DNA from: an uncultured Cytophagia bacterium
GTDB lineage: Bacteria; Zhuqueibacterota; Zhuqueibacteria; Residuimicrobiales; Krinioviventaceae
Assembly: GCA_964399735.1 (NCBI GenBank)
Contig: CAYNSO010000002.1
Coordinates: 77,440-141,439, forward strand
Reading direction: 5' to 3'
Length of the DNA stretch: 64,000 nucleotides
A program made the translations under genes and the position numbers. Each line of letters opens with the position of its first letter. The stretch's first letter is position 1. Below are positions 22,212-31,926 of the stretch, one piece after another. The notes beneath the pieces were generated by a model. It was not told the origin of the DNA, did not search any database, and saw only the letters and a list, made by a program, of their open reading frames with translations.

Positions 22212-22553
22212 ATGAGCGATCAGCACAACCAATTTATGGAACTTGTTCCGGAACATAATGTACGATGGGAAAAAACCGTTCAAGGCCAGGTTTGCCTGTG
22301 GTCGCCAAAATACACTCATCCTTTTATGGTAAAATATATATTGCCGTTAATCAAAAAAAAAGAGGTTCGGATAAGCCTGGACGATTATGGCAGTTTTGCC
22401 TGGCAACAAATTGACGGTAAAAAAAATATACGCCAAATTGGCGCCGTTATGCTTCAAGAGTTTGGTGAAAAAATTGAACCGGTAGAACAACGGCTGGCAA
22501 TTTTTATTAATATTATGCTTAACCGCAAACTGTTGAGCATCCATGAATTTTAA
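22212..22553 (+). CDS. PqqD-family protein (RiPP recognition element-like peptide chaperone)
   Basis: 113 aa. RISLDDYGSFAWQQIDGKKNIRQIGAVMLQEFGEKIEPVEQRLAIFINIMLNRKLL fits the PqqD/RRE pattern (LN.tg..iW.l.DG.rtv.eI...l...y....e....D...fi..L...gLl). Confidence 0.6.
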   Translation: MSDQHNQFMELVPEHNVRWEKTVQGQVCLWSPKYTHPFMVKYILPLIKKKEVRISLDDYGSFAWQQIDGKKNIRQIGAVMLQEFGEKIEPVEQRLAIFINIMLNRKLLSIHEF

Positions 22554-22618
22554 TAAACCTGTGTTCTCTAAATGATAACTGCCAATCTATATTGATATAG
22601 GATATTGAAAAATAGTAT

Positions 22619-23572
22619 ATGTCAAAACTGGAAAAATCTGCGCAAGCAGTTGTGAATAAATGCCTTGAAGTCAAACGCGGTGAATCTGTACTAATATTAA
22701 TCAATGAATCCTTTCTGGATATTGCCCAATTATTATTTACTGAATGCCAAAAGAAAACTAAAAATTCCTGGTTGCTGACGCTACCCAATAATTTTTATAA
22801 ACACGGTATACATGAATCGATTGCCCGGCTCATGCAAAGTATGGATATAATTATAGCGCTAACCAATCCATCCATAGCACACCAGGACGCCCGCATAAAA
22901 GCGAATCAAAATGGGGCTCGCATTGCGTGTATGCCTGGTATTACCAAATCATCCTTTATCCGTTTTGAAAATACAGATTTTAAAAAAATCAGCCGTTTGA
23001 GTAAAAAGCTGAGCGATGTTTTTTCAATATCAAGTGAGGTACTTGTCACTGCTGCAAATGGAACGCACCTGGAAATTGTGATTGACAATCACCAGGGATA
23101 CGCAGAGACCGGACTCTTGAACCAACCCGGTACATTTTCACACTTGCCGGCGGGAATGGCCTGCATTTCACCGGTTCATGGTAAAATTGAGGGGCAACTG
23201 GTCGTCGATTGCGGTATGGAACTTGACCGGGAAGATTTGGAAAAACTGGTTGTGCATATTAAAGAGGGTCGGGCAGCGCGGATTACCGGCGGTCAATCGG
23301 CAAAGAGGCTTCGTCAAAAAATCGCCCATTCGGGTACACTTGGTCGCAATGTTATTGAATTTGGCCTGGGTACGAATGATGCAGCGAAAATGAGCGGAAA
23401 CCCGGCTGAGGATGAAAAAGTATTGGGTAATATTTTCATATCACTGGGGCATAATTCCATAGATGAGGATTCAACTGATTCTACCTCCCCCATACATGGC
23501 ATTGTTTATAAAGCAACAGTAGAAGTTAAAGGCAAGAGAATTATTGATAAAGGAAGGTTATTGCTGGATTAA
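22619..23572 (+). CDS. M29-like (aminopeptidase T/AmpS-like) peptidase family protein, short form
   Basis: 317 aa. HLPAGMACISPVHGKIEG and the HGIVYKATVEVKGKRIIDKG C-terminus resemble conserved M29 aminopeptidase segments. The exact family was not verified. Confidence 0.45.
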   Translation: MSKLEKSAQAVVNKCLEVKRGESVLILINESFLDIAQLLFTECQKKTKNSWLLTLPNNFYKHGIHESIARLMQSMDIIIALTNPSIAHQDARIKANQNGARIACMPGITKSSFIRFENTDFKKISRLSKKLSDVFSISSEVLVTAANGTHLEIVIDNHQGYAETGLLNQPGTFSHLPAGMACISPVHGKIEGQLVVDCGMELDREDLEKLVVHIKEGRAARITGGQSAKRLRQKIAHSGTLGRNVIEFGLGTNDAAKMSGNPAEDEKVLGNIFISLGHNSIDEDSTDSTSPIHGIVYKATVEVKGKRIIDKGRLLLD

Positions 23573-24240
23573 ACCGGTATTTTTTTATTCAATGATAATG
23601 GAGAACGGGCTTTTTGTGCCTGGATCAGACGGGTCATTCTTTTGCTGCTGGTATAAACAGCATTTATATCCATTTTTTGTTGCTCCGTCAGATTTGCTTT
23701 TTCATTATTGTACAAAAGGTTACACAAACTGGCAATAGTGGCATTTGCCAATTCCAGGTCTTCCAGCCATTCTTCCCGGGGAATTGGTTCAACTGATGCC
23801 GGAGCATCAGCAAGGGCTGTTGTCGAGCCATTACGAGGGCTCTCTTTTTCCAGATGGGCCAGACGGACAATATTATCGATAATGTTTACCAGTTCACGGT
23901 GACCAAACGGTTTATTCAAAAAAGCGCGTAGACCAAGACGATAATACTCTTCAATATTTTCCATTTCATCGGACTTGGCAGTTAACATAACAACTGGTGT
24001 ATTGCGAATTGAACTATATTGGGGAGAAGTTGCCAGCATTTTTATAAATTGTTTGCCATTTATATCCGGTAGTATAAAATCGAGTAAAATAATGTCGGGT
24101 TTGTGGAATTTGGCAGTCTCCAGACCCTCCTGACCATTTCTGGCAGTATAAAAATCATAACCAACCCGGCTAAAAATTCTTTTACCGATGAGCAGCATAT
24201 CGACATTATCATCAATTAATAATAATTTCTTTTTGTTCAT
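23569..24240 (-). CDS. response regulator (CheY-like receiver) with uncharacterised helical C-terminal domain
   Basis: Receiver-domain motifs: LLLIDDN, phospho-acceptor in ILLDFILPDINGKQF, and MLTAKSD. The C-terminal ~70 aa resembles a His-less DHp-like helix (LTEQQKMDINAVYTSSKRMTRLI). Confidence 0.75.
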   Translation of the reverse strand: MNKKKLLLIDDNVDMLLIGKRIFSRVGYDFYTARNGQEGLETAKFHKPDIILLDFILPDINGKQFIKMLATSPQYSSIRNTPVVMLTAKSDEMENIEEYYRLGLRAFLNKPFGHRELVNIIDNIVRLAHLEKESPRNGSTTALADAPASVEPIPREEWLEDLELANATIASLCNLLYNNEKANLTEQQKMDINAVYTSSKRMTRLIQAQKARSPLSLNKKIPV

Positions 24241-24336
24241 GGTACTATCCAGGATTTATGGTCAGTTATAGAGATATAATATACGCAATAATAACACAGC
24301 AATAAAAATACCAAATATTAGAATAATTTAAAAAAT

Positions 24337-25797
24337 CTAAACATTCTCTGTCGAAACCGGTAAAAACACAGAAAATTCAGAGCCAGCGCCAATTTTACTA
24401 TTGACTTCAATCCGCCCATTATGTATTTCAACCAGTTGTTGAACCAGTGAAAGCCCTAAACCGGAACCATTGATATTACGAACTTGTTCATTATCTGTAA
24501 CACGGTAAAACTTTTTAAAAATATTTTGCAAATCCTTTTCGGGAATTCCAAAACCCTGATCCTTGACCCGGAAAATGGCATGGTCATTTTCAACAGTTAA
24601 ATGCAATTCAATTTGGGTTGTATCGGGGCTATACTTGATGGCATTTGAAAACAAGTTTAATATGATCTGTTCCATCATACCGTTATCTGCCCAAACAAAC
24701 ACCGGAATATCCGGTTCCTTGAAATCGACGACAATTTCTTTTTGCGCAGCCAGATAAGCATTGTTACCAATCACCATTTGTACAGTTTCAGCCAAATCCA
24801 CTTTGGCTTTTTGTGGCTGAATTCGTCCGGATTCAATTCGTGAAATATCCAGAAATTTATTAATCAACTCTCCGAGCCTGGTAGATTCGTTCAGAATAAT
24901 TTCAGCATAATCATTCGCTTGTTCCTTCTCAAGATCCGGATCAAGCAACAGTTCGCTAAAGCCGCAAATGCTCGTGAGCGGAGAGCGCAACTCGTGTGCG
25001 ACCATGGAAACCAGTTCAGTTTTCATGCGATCAATTTCTTTTTGCTGGGTAATATCACGTAATATCGTGACAATTCCGATCAGTCCTTCGGTTTCATGCA
25101 AGACCCGTGCGGCATTGGCCTGAAGAGTTATCGGCTTCCAGTTGGCCTTTTCTTTAATCTCAATTTCTGTAGAAGGAAGCTCGGTAAAATTATTTTCCGT
25201 GGCTTCCTGGATCAAATATAACAACTTTTGTTCAGTAATAAATTCACTGATCGTTTTATCAACAGCTTCACCTTCCTGCAGACCGAACCATTTTTCAGCA
25301 GTAGAATTTAGAATAAGCACTTTTAAATGAGGGTCGGTAACGATTACCCCGTCGGCAATATTTTTAATGATCGTTTGCGTTTTGTTGCGTTCAGCAATTA
25401 TTTGCGCCAGGTTCATTTCGTGCAGACGGCGTATTTCTGTGGTCATATAATTAAATAATTTGGCCAGTTTCCCAATTTCATCATCTGAACTGACATTGAT
25501 CTTGTGAGAAAATTTTCCCCTGGCTATTTCTGTGGCGCTACGGGTAAATTCAGCAATCGGAGTTGTGATATAGTGAGAAATATAAAAAGCGACCAGACCG
25601 GCCAAAACCAATGCAAATAAAATAATTGTAAAAATAATCACGATTATTGACCAGGCGCTATTTCCTGCGCCCAGATACCCGTTGGCCAGGGCTAAAACAG
25701 TCAAAGTAATAACAGGAATCATGGTAGCGCTCATGATTGCCAATAATAATTTTCGGAACAGTTTGCTTTTTATTTGTTGACTAAACCAGTTTGTCAT
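24337..25797 (-). CDS. sensor histidine kinase (2 TM, HAMP, PAS, HisKA, HATPase_c)
   Basis: HAMP segment DDEIGKLAKLFNYMTTEIRRL. H-box MVAHELRSPLTSI. N, G1 and G2 boxes (LFSNAIKYS, DQGFGIP, GSGLGLS). Confidence 0.88.
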   Translation of the reverse strand: MTNWFSQQIKSKLFRKLLLAIMSATMIPVITLTVLALANGYLGAGNSAWSIIVIIFTIILFALVLAGLVAFYISHYITTPIAEFTRSATEIARGKFSHKINVSSDDEIGKLAKLFNYMTTEIRRLHEMNLAQIIAERNKTQTIIKNIADGVIVTDPHLKVLILNSTAEKWFGLQEGEAVDKTISEFITEQKLLYLIQEATENNFTELPSTEIEIKEKANWKPITLQANAARVLHETEGLIGIVTILRDITQQKEIDRMKTELVSMVAHELRSPLTSICGFSELLLDPDLEKEQANDYAEIILNESTRLGELINKFLDISRIESGRIQPQKAKVDLAETVQMVIGNNAYLAAQKEIVVDFKEPDIPVFVWADNGMMEQIILNLFSNAIKYSPDTTQIELHLTVENDHAIFRVKDQGFGIPEKDLQNIFKKFYRVTDNEQVRNINGSGLGLSLVQQLVEIHNGRIEVNSKIGAGSEFSVFLPVSTENV

Positions 25798-25805
25798 TAA
25801 ATATT

Positions 25806-26789
25806 TTATCCTTCATCAATTACCTGATTTTTTCCATTTGCTTTTGCTATATATAAACGCCGGTCGGCGCATTCGAGCAATTCTTCACCGGTTGTGCCAT
25901 TAAGCGGAAAAGTAGAAACACCTGCGCTGATCGTAATCTTGCTGTTTAGACGGGTATTGTCAATATTAAATTGACAATTATCAACCAGATCTTTGAGTTT
26001 GTTGGCGACAATTTTACCGGCCCTTTTATCGGTTTCCGGGAAAATAATGGCAAACTCTTCACCCCCATAGCGAGCCGCTGTATCAATGCTGCGAATATTA
26101 CGGTTGATCAGGTCGCTAATGGTACGTAAAACCTGATCACCGGCCAGATGCCCAAAAGTATCATTATAATTCTTGAAATAATCAATATCAAACATCATAA
26201 GAGAAAATTGCGAATTGTTACGCCGGGCGCGTTCAATTTCTTTGGCAAGAGTGTCTTTAAAATAACGATAATTATAAATATTGGTCAAACCGTCTTTGGT
26301 TGCCAACTCGTGTAATATTTCTTTGGTTTCTTCCAGTTGTTTAACTTTTTCCTGCAGCTGGTCGTGTAGATATTTTATCCGTAACAGTGATTTTACACGG
26401 GCAAGCAGTTCATGTTTATTAACAGGTTTAGTAATATAATCATCAGCGCCCGATTCAATGCCCTTGATCTTGTCTTCTACTTCATTCAAGGCAGTTACCA
26501 ATATAACAGGAATATAAAAAGTTTCTACATTATTCTTGATCATCTGACAGGTATCAAAACCATTCATGCCGGGCATCATAATATCAAGCAATACAAGATC
26601 AGGTTTTATTTCTTCAATCAACTGGATAGCATTATTACCAGAATTAGCGACGGTTAATTCATATTCCGGCGCTAAAAAAGACTTTAATACAGTGATATTC
26701 GCACGAGTATCGTCGACAATCAATATATGCGCTTTTGGAGATGGATTGTTATTAACAGTTTTTTTTGGCATTGCCTGTGTCAAATTCAT
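25806..26789 (-). CDS. response regulator with GGDEF diguanylate cyclase output domain
   Basis: Receiver domain (ILIVDD...DLVLLDIMMPGMNGF) followed by a GGDEF domain with an intact RYGGEEF active site. Confidence 0.88.
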   Translation of the reverse strand: MNLTQAMPKKTVNNNPSPKAHILIVDDTRANITVLKSFLAPEYELTVANSGNNAIQLIEEIKPDLVLLDIMMPGMNGFDTCQMIKNNVETFYIPVILVTALNEVEDKIKGIESGADDYITKPVNKHELLARVKSLLRIKYLHDQLQEKVKQLEETKEILHELATKDGLTNIYNYRYFKDTLAKEIERARRNNSQFSLMMFDIDYFKNYNDTFGHLAGDQVLRTISDLINRNIRSIDTAARYGGEEFAIIFPETDKRAGKIVANKLKDLVDNCQFNIDNTRLNSKITISAGVSTFPLNGTTGEELLECADRRLYIAKANGKNQVIDEG

Positions 26790-26792
26790 ATA

Positions 26793-28244
26793 TTAATCCA
26801 CAAATGGATACCTTACATTCAAATTACGCGCAGCCAGGGCTTCATTGAGCCGCGAAACAGGTGTTGTTTGCGGAGCGTCTTTTAAAAGATCAGGAGTCTG
26901 TTCAGCTTCCTGAGCAATTTTAACTAAAATATCGGCAAACCGTTCCAGCGTCTCTTTACTTTCTGTCTCGGTAGGTTCAATCATCAATGCCTCAGAAACA
27001 ATCAATGGAAAGTATACCGTCGGAGCATGGACACCATAATCTAAAAGACGCTTGGCAATATCCAGTGTTTTAACACCAAACTTTTTTTGCCGGTCACCGG
27101 ATAACACAAACTCATGCATCGGTGTAGTTTTGTAAGGTAAATCGTAATAATCCCGAACCAGAGATAACAAATAATTGGCATTGATCAAAGCGTTTTCACT
27201 TGCCTGCCGCAACCCTCTGGCTCCCAGCATGCGAATATAAGTATAAGCACGAATGATAATAGCAAAGTTCCCTAAAAAAGAACTCACTTTGCCAATACTT
27301 GCTGTAAATTCACAAACGCGAGAAAAACCCTGCTCATTGCTTTTCACACAGGGAGAAGGCAAATAGGCACATAAACGTTTGGAAACGCCAACAGGGCCTG
27401 ACCCCGGCCCACCACCGCCGTGCGGTGTGGAAAAAGTTTTGTGAAGATTAAAATGGACCACGTCAAAGCCCAAATCTCCGGGACGCACAATACCCAACAA
27501 AGCGTTTAAATTGGCGCCATCCATATACATCAAACCTCCTGCTTCATGAACAAGGCGGCTGATTTCTGCAACCCGGGTTTCAAATATACCCAGAGTGTTG
27601 GGGTTGGTTAGCATTAAAGCCGCGGTATTGTTGTCAAGATGCGCTTTCAAGTCCTCCAGATCGACAAGACCCTTGTCATTGGATTTTATTTGCACAGCCT
27701 GCAATCCGGCAATAGAAACACTGGCCGGATTTGTGCCATGCGCCGAATCAGGGATTAACACAATTTTACGATCACTGCCTTGCGCTTTGAGAAAAGCTTT
27801 GATCATCATCAAACCGGTCAATTCGCCGTGAGCGCCGGCAGAAGGCTGCAAAGTTACTGCCGCAAGACCGGAAACCTGGCAAAGATACTCTGCCATTTCA
27901 AACAATAGCTGTAAAGCTCCCTGCACAGTAGCATCCGGCTGGTGTGGGTGCAGCGACGAGAATCCCTTTAGTCCCTGGGTTTCTTCATTTATCTTGGGGT
28001 TATATTTCATAGTGCAGGAACCCAATGGATAAAAATCTTTATCCACATGATGATTAAGAGTGGAAAGGTTAACAAAATGCCTTACCACCTCAGCTTCACT
28101 CACCTGGGGCAAACGGGCTGCATTCTTTCGCTGATGCTTTTCCGGTATTAACTCACTGATATTGACTAGCGGCACATCTACATCTGGAAGACTGGCCCCA
28201 ATTCTGCCGTTTGAACCCATTTCAAAAATCAGTTTTCTAAACAT
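26793..28244 (-). CDS. gcvPB: glycine dehydrogenase (decarboxylating) subunit 2
   Basis: 483 aa. PLP-dependent; [22 protein letters not shown] with PLP-Lys context. Typical GcvPB N-terminus. Confidence 0.9.
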   Translation of the reverse strand: MFRKLIFEMGSNGRIGASLPDVDVPLVNISELIPEKHQRKNAARLPQVSEAEVVRHFVNLSTLNHHVDKDFYPLGSCTMKYNPKINEETQGLKGFSSLHPHQPDATVQGALQLLFEMAEYLCQVSGLAAVTLQPSAGAHGELTGLMMIKAFLKAQGSDRKIVLIPDSAHGTNPASVSIAGLQAVQIKSNDKGLVDLEDLKAHLDNNTAALMLTNPNTLGIFETRVAEISRLVHEAGGLMYMDGANLNALLGIVRPGDLGFDVVHFNLHKTFSTPHGGGGPGSGPVGVSKRLCAYLPSPCVKSNEQGFSRVCEFTASIGKVSSFLGNFAIIIRAYTYIRMLGARGLRQASENALINANYLLSLVRDYYDLPYKTTPMHEFVLSGDRQKKFGVKTLDIAKRLLDYGVHAPTVYFPLIVSEALMIEPTETESKETLERFADILVKIAQEAEQTPDLLKDAPQTTPVSRLNEALAARNLNVRYPFVD

Positions 28245-28362
28245 TTTTTATCTCCTGCACAATCTTATCAGATCATCTTTATTAAACAATCAAATTACAA
28301 TTTACTGTAATGATAGTCAAGATTTTTTATTGATATTTTTCCGTTCCATATAAAACCGATTA

Positions 28363-30027
28363 TTATAATAAAAGCGCCGCCCGTGAAAAGCATGCCAGAC
28401 TTTCCTGAATCCGCGGGTCATGGACTACCGCTGCACGGATTGTACCTTCCAACCCCCATAATATATAAGCGATTTCCTGCATTATTGCCTGTTTTATTTG
28501 CTGATTCAAGTGAGAATCCAGGGCAGGATTATTACCGATCTTTGCCATCCGATAAAATTCAGCAAGCATTTTATCAGTTACCGAGAATTCAGAGAAAAAA
28601 GAATCTATTTCTGTTTTTAGATCGGGATTATTTTGCACCAATTTTTCAGCATAATTGAGAAAAATATTTTGGGCATATAAATCTCTTACCATTTTTGTAA
28701 TGCCAGCCGTTTCAACCTGTGTAATAATGTCAGGCCGCAAGCCATTTCCTTCATAGATTATACGGCCCTGGGGGGTTTTGAATTCACGCCATTGCTGATT
28801 ATCACGGGCAGCAGTTGATGATTCAGCAGGCTTTGCCGGGGTCAAACCGGATACATTGCGTCCGATCATTCGGCCCAGCGGAGTATAATAATTTGCAGTA
28901 GTTAATAACAAAGCTGAGCCATCCGGAAAAAGAAATTCAGTTTGCACACAGGCTTTTCCAAAAGTAACTTCCCCAAACAGCAGTCCTCTATCCCAATCCT
29001 GTATAGTGGCGGCAAACATTTCCGCAACACTGGCTGTTCCGGCATTAACCAAAACCACCAGGGGAATTTGTGAACAGGCAGGCAAATCACTCGAAATATA
29101 CTTTTGATTGTCTTGCGGGGTTTTGCCACGTGTAGTTACCAGAATTTTGCCCTGAGATATAAATCGGTCAGCCACCTGAACACCGGCAAGCAGGGAGCCG
29201 CCGCTGTTATCCCTCAGATCCACAAGCAGTTGTTTCATACCACGGGCAAGCAAATGGGAACAAGCATTATCGAGTTCTGCCGGGGTTGTGCTCACAAAAT
29301 GCGAAATGTTGATATAGCCGGTAGTATTGTTTATCATAAAGAAGCAGGGTATGCTTTTAATATTAATAAAAGCCCGGTTTAACGTATACAAGCGGGTCTC
29401 ATTTCCTGAACGGCCGATTAAAATTTTAACCAGTTCATTTTCACTTTTAGCTAACAGGTTTTGAACTTGTATTTCTGTTAAAAGGGCAGTTGGCCGGTCA
29501 TTAATTTTTAAAATAATATCGCCAACTAGCAACCCGGCTTTATATGCCGGACTATTATCGCTTATACCAATAATAATATATTGATTCTTGTGGAATTCAA
29601 AACGAATACCAAGACCGATATACCCCTGGTATTTGCTTTCTCTATCCCGATATTCCTCTGCGGTTAAATATACTGAATATTCATCCAGACCGGCCAACAT
29701 ACCATGAATGGCGTTTTTTAATAACATATCAGAATCAATTTCAGAAATGTAATTGCGTTCAATTTTATCCAGGATCATAGTAAGTATCATCCAGCGGTTA
29801 TATACCTTTTGAGCGCTGTAAGCGAGATGCCGTTGAATTCCGGTAAAAGCAATTAAAACAATAATTGATAAAATCAATAAATATATGAATTTAAAACAGT
29901 ATTTTTTCACAGCGAATATCCCATATTTTTTTTTCTTAAAGCAATAAATTAATGGCGCCTGGTTCTTTATGATTCTAATTATACACAATTCGGTGTATAA
30001 TAAAGTTTCAAAAAATGCAATAATCAC
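28363..30027 (-). CDS. S41-family C-terminal processing peptidase (PDZ domain)
   Basis: PDZ segment GLLVGDIILKINDRP. Catalytic Ser in RDNSGGSL and Lys in TFGKACVQTE. The true start may be the internal GTG at 29910 (VKKYCFKFIY...), because a TATAAT-like box lies between that codon and the ATG at 30027. Confidence 0.8.
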   Translation of the reverse strand: MIIAFFETLLYTELCIIRIIKNQAPLIYCFKKKKYGIFAVKKYCFKFIYLLILSIIVLIAFTGIQRHLAYSAQKVYNRWMILTMILDKIERNYISEIDSDMLLKNAIHGMLAGLDEYSVYLTAEEYRDRESKYQGYIGLGIRFEFHKNQYIIIGISDNSPAYKAGLLVGDIILKINDRPTALLTEIQVQNLLAKSENELVKILIGRSGNETRLYTLNRAFINIKSIPCFFMINNTTGYINISHFVSTTPAELDNACSHLLARGMKQLLVDLRDNSGGSLLAGVQVADRFISQGKILVTTRGKTPQDNQKYISSDLPACSQIPLVVLVNAGTASVAEMFAATIQDWDRGLLFGEVTFGKACVQTEFLFPDGSALLLTTANYYTPLGRMIGRNVSGLTPAKPAESSTAARDNQQWREFKTPQGRIIYEGNGLRPDIITQVETAGITKMVRDLYAQNIFLNYAEKLVQNNPDLKTEIDSFFSEFSVTDKMLAEFYRMAKIGNNPALDSHLNQQIKQAIMQEIAYILWGLEGTIRAAVVHDPRIQESLACFSRAALLL

Positions 30028-30227
30028 ACCAGTAGAAGCAATTGTGAATTCAAACGATCCGGGAAACAGGCAGCCAGCAATTTTCTAAACAAACGTTTTT
30101 GCATTCAGGTTTTAAAAACGAACATCAAAAATCAAGTATTTTCATTTTTGTATTTTGGTAAGGAACGGTAACAACTGGTGATAAACCGGTAAAAAGAGAA
30201 TCATATCCATTCAACAACAAATTATGC

Positions 30228-30256
30228 TTGACATTTTCAATGTTTGGAATTATCTT
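30228..30256 (+). promoter_or_regulatory. sigma70-like promoter (TTGACA-17-TATCTT) for ligase-like/EF-G-like operon
   Basis: Perfect -35 TTGACA at 30228-30233, a 17-nt spacer, and TATCTT at 30251-30256. About 65 nt upstream of the TTG start at 30321. Confidence 0.45.
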
Positions 30257-30320
30257 AGATTTTGCTAAATTTTAATACAAGTATCCAATCAATGAAAATC
30301 GACAAAAAAGAGGAAACCAT

Positions 30321-31877
30321 TTGGGGACTCTGGTAGAACTATTAAAAAATACGGCTGTGCAATTACCAAAACAAACTGCTCTGATTTTTGGTGAAAACAG
30401 GATTGATTATGGTCTATTGCTTGAAGCCTCGAAAAGGCTTGCCGGTGGGTTATCGGCGCTTGGAATTCAGAAAGGAGATCGGGTTGCACTTATGCTGCCC
30501 AATGTGCCACATTTCTGTATTTCGTATTTTGGAATCCTCGAAATTGGGGGCATTGTTGTTCCTGTTAATATTATGAGTAGTAGAGAAGAAATTCAGCACC
30601 AGTTAAAAGACAGCGGCGCTTCGGCAATGATAACCTGGAGCGGCTTTCAAAACCTGGCTATTGTTCTGAAAGAAATGTGCCCGGAATGCAAAAATATATT
30701 ATTCCTTGGCGACAACATCCCAACAGGAACACTGGCGTTGACTCGAGTAATATCGGAATCGCAACCACTTGAGACCGAAATTGAAATCAATGAAACAGAT
30801 ATTGCAGTGATCAACTATACAACCGGAATTGCCGATGTTCCGCTTGGCGCTGAATTAACACACAGTTCGCTTTATTCCAATGCAATCACCTGCAGTGAAA
30901 TGTTCCGCTTTACACCTGAAGATAAGATGCTGGCTGTTTTACCTCTTTTTCATCCACTCGGTCAAACGCTGGTAATGAACAGCTCTTTTTCGCGTGGTTG
31001 TTCAGTTGCTTTAATGCCAAGATACTCCCCGGATGAAATCATACAGACAGTTAATAGTCATAAAATCACTTTTATGGCCGCAGTACCCGGTATATTTACA
31101 AATTTGATTGAAGACACCCAGGAAGCGCAGTTACCCTCATTAAAATATTGTATGAATTATGGTGGTAAATTACCTCAGGAAGTGATTGATGTATTTGAGG
31201 AAAAGTACCATGCCGTTATTCTACAAGCGTATGGATTAACCGAAGCAGGGCCGCTGGTAACATCGGTTCGGTTAGATAGCGACAGAAAAGCAAATTCGGT
31301 CGGTCTGCCATTAATGGGTGTAGAAATCCAGATTCGTGATGATCGTGGAAACCAGTTACGCCCCTTTCAAAGTGGAGAAATTTGGACTAAAAGTCAAAAT
31401 ATTATGAACGGCTATTATAACAAACCGGAAGAAACCAGGAAAAGACTGCAAAATGGCTGGCTTTTCACCGGCGATGTTGGGTATATTGACGACAATCATT
31501 ATTTATATGTGCAGGAACGAAAAGAAAATATTATTGTTAAAGGTGGTTTTATAATATTTCCTCATGAAGTAGAAAAAGTGTTGTTGGAACATGCGGATGT
31601 TATGGAAGCTGCTGTAATTGATGTCCCGGACGATGTCCAGGGTTCAGAAGTAAAAGCCTATGTCGTTTTAAAAGACGGAAAAAATTTAATGCCGGATGAA
31701 TTGATAAAATTTTGCCGCCATACTTTACCTGTTTATAAAACTCCAAAATATATTGAATTTTGTGCCAGTATCCCCAAGAGCCCAACCGGCCGAGTATTAA
31801 AAAGAGTTTTGCGCAAGAACTCTATTCATTACCGATCCGGCAATGAGGATAAAAAGTTTAAGGAAAATAAAGTTTGA
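30321..31877 (+). CDS. AMP-dependent synthetase/ligase (acyl-CoA synthetase-like) family protein with degenerate adenylation motifs
   Basis: 518 aa with a TTG start preceded by AAGAGGAAA. Conserved A5 (YGLTEAG) and A7/A8 (FTGDVGYIDDNHYLYVQERKENIIVKGG) motifs. The P-loop is YTTGIADVPLGAELTH instead of YTSGTTGxPKG. The A10 motif is PKSPTGRVLKR, with Arg where the catalytic Lys is expected. Confidence 0.8.
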   Translation: MGTLVELLKNTAVQLPKQTALIFGENRIDYGLLLEASKRLAGGLSALGIQKGDRVALMLPNVPHFCISYFGILEIGGIVVPVNIMSSREEIQHQLKDSGASAMITWSGFQNLAIVLKEMCPECKNILFLGDNIPTGTLALTRVISESQPLETEIEINETDIAVINYTTGIADVPLGAELTHSSLYSNAITCSEMFRFTPEDKMLAVLPLFHPLGQTLVMNSSFSRGCSVALMPRYSPDEIIQTVNSHKITFMAAVPGIFTNLIEDTQEAQLPSLKYCMNYGGKLPQEVIDVFEEKYHAVILQAYGLTEAGPLVTSVRLDSDRKANSVGLPLMGVEIQIRDDRGNQLRPFQSGEIWTKSQNIMNGYYNKPEETRKRLQNGWLFTGDVGYIDDNHYLYVQERKENIIVKGGFIIFPHEVEKVLLEHADVMEAAVIDVPDDVQGSEVKAYVVLKDGKNLMPDELIKFCRHTLPVYKTPKYIEFCASIPKSPTGRVLKRVLRKNSIHYRSGNEDKKFKENKV

Positions 31878-31926
31878 TATGCAATTCCATATTATTTAAC
31901 AAATAGATTGAAACAGGAGGACAACA

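Noticed and set aside
28363-30027. Possibility that the N-terminal 39 codons of the S41 peptidase ORF are real
   Set aside because: Not fully rejected. A TGTGTATAAT extended -10 lies inside that stretch, and a GTG at 29910 gives a cleaner signal-anchor N-terminus (VKKYCFKFIYLLIL...). The longer ORF is kept as the feature, with the shorter start being likelier.
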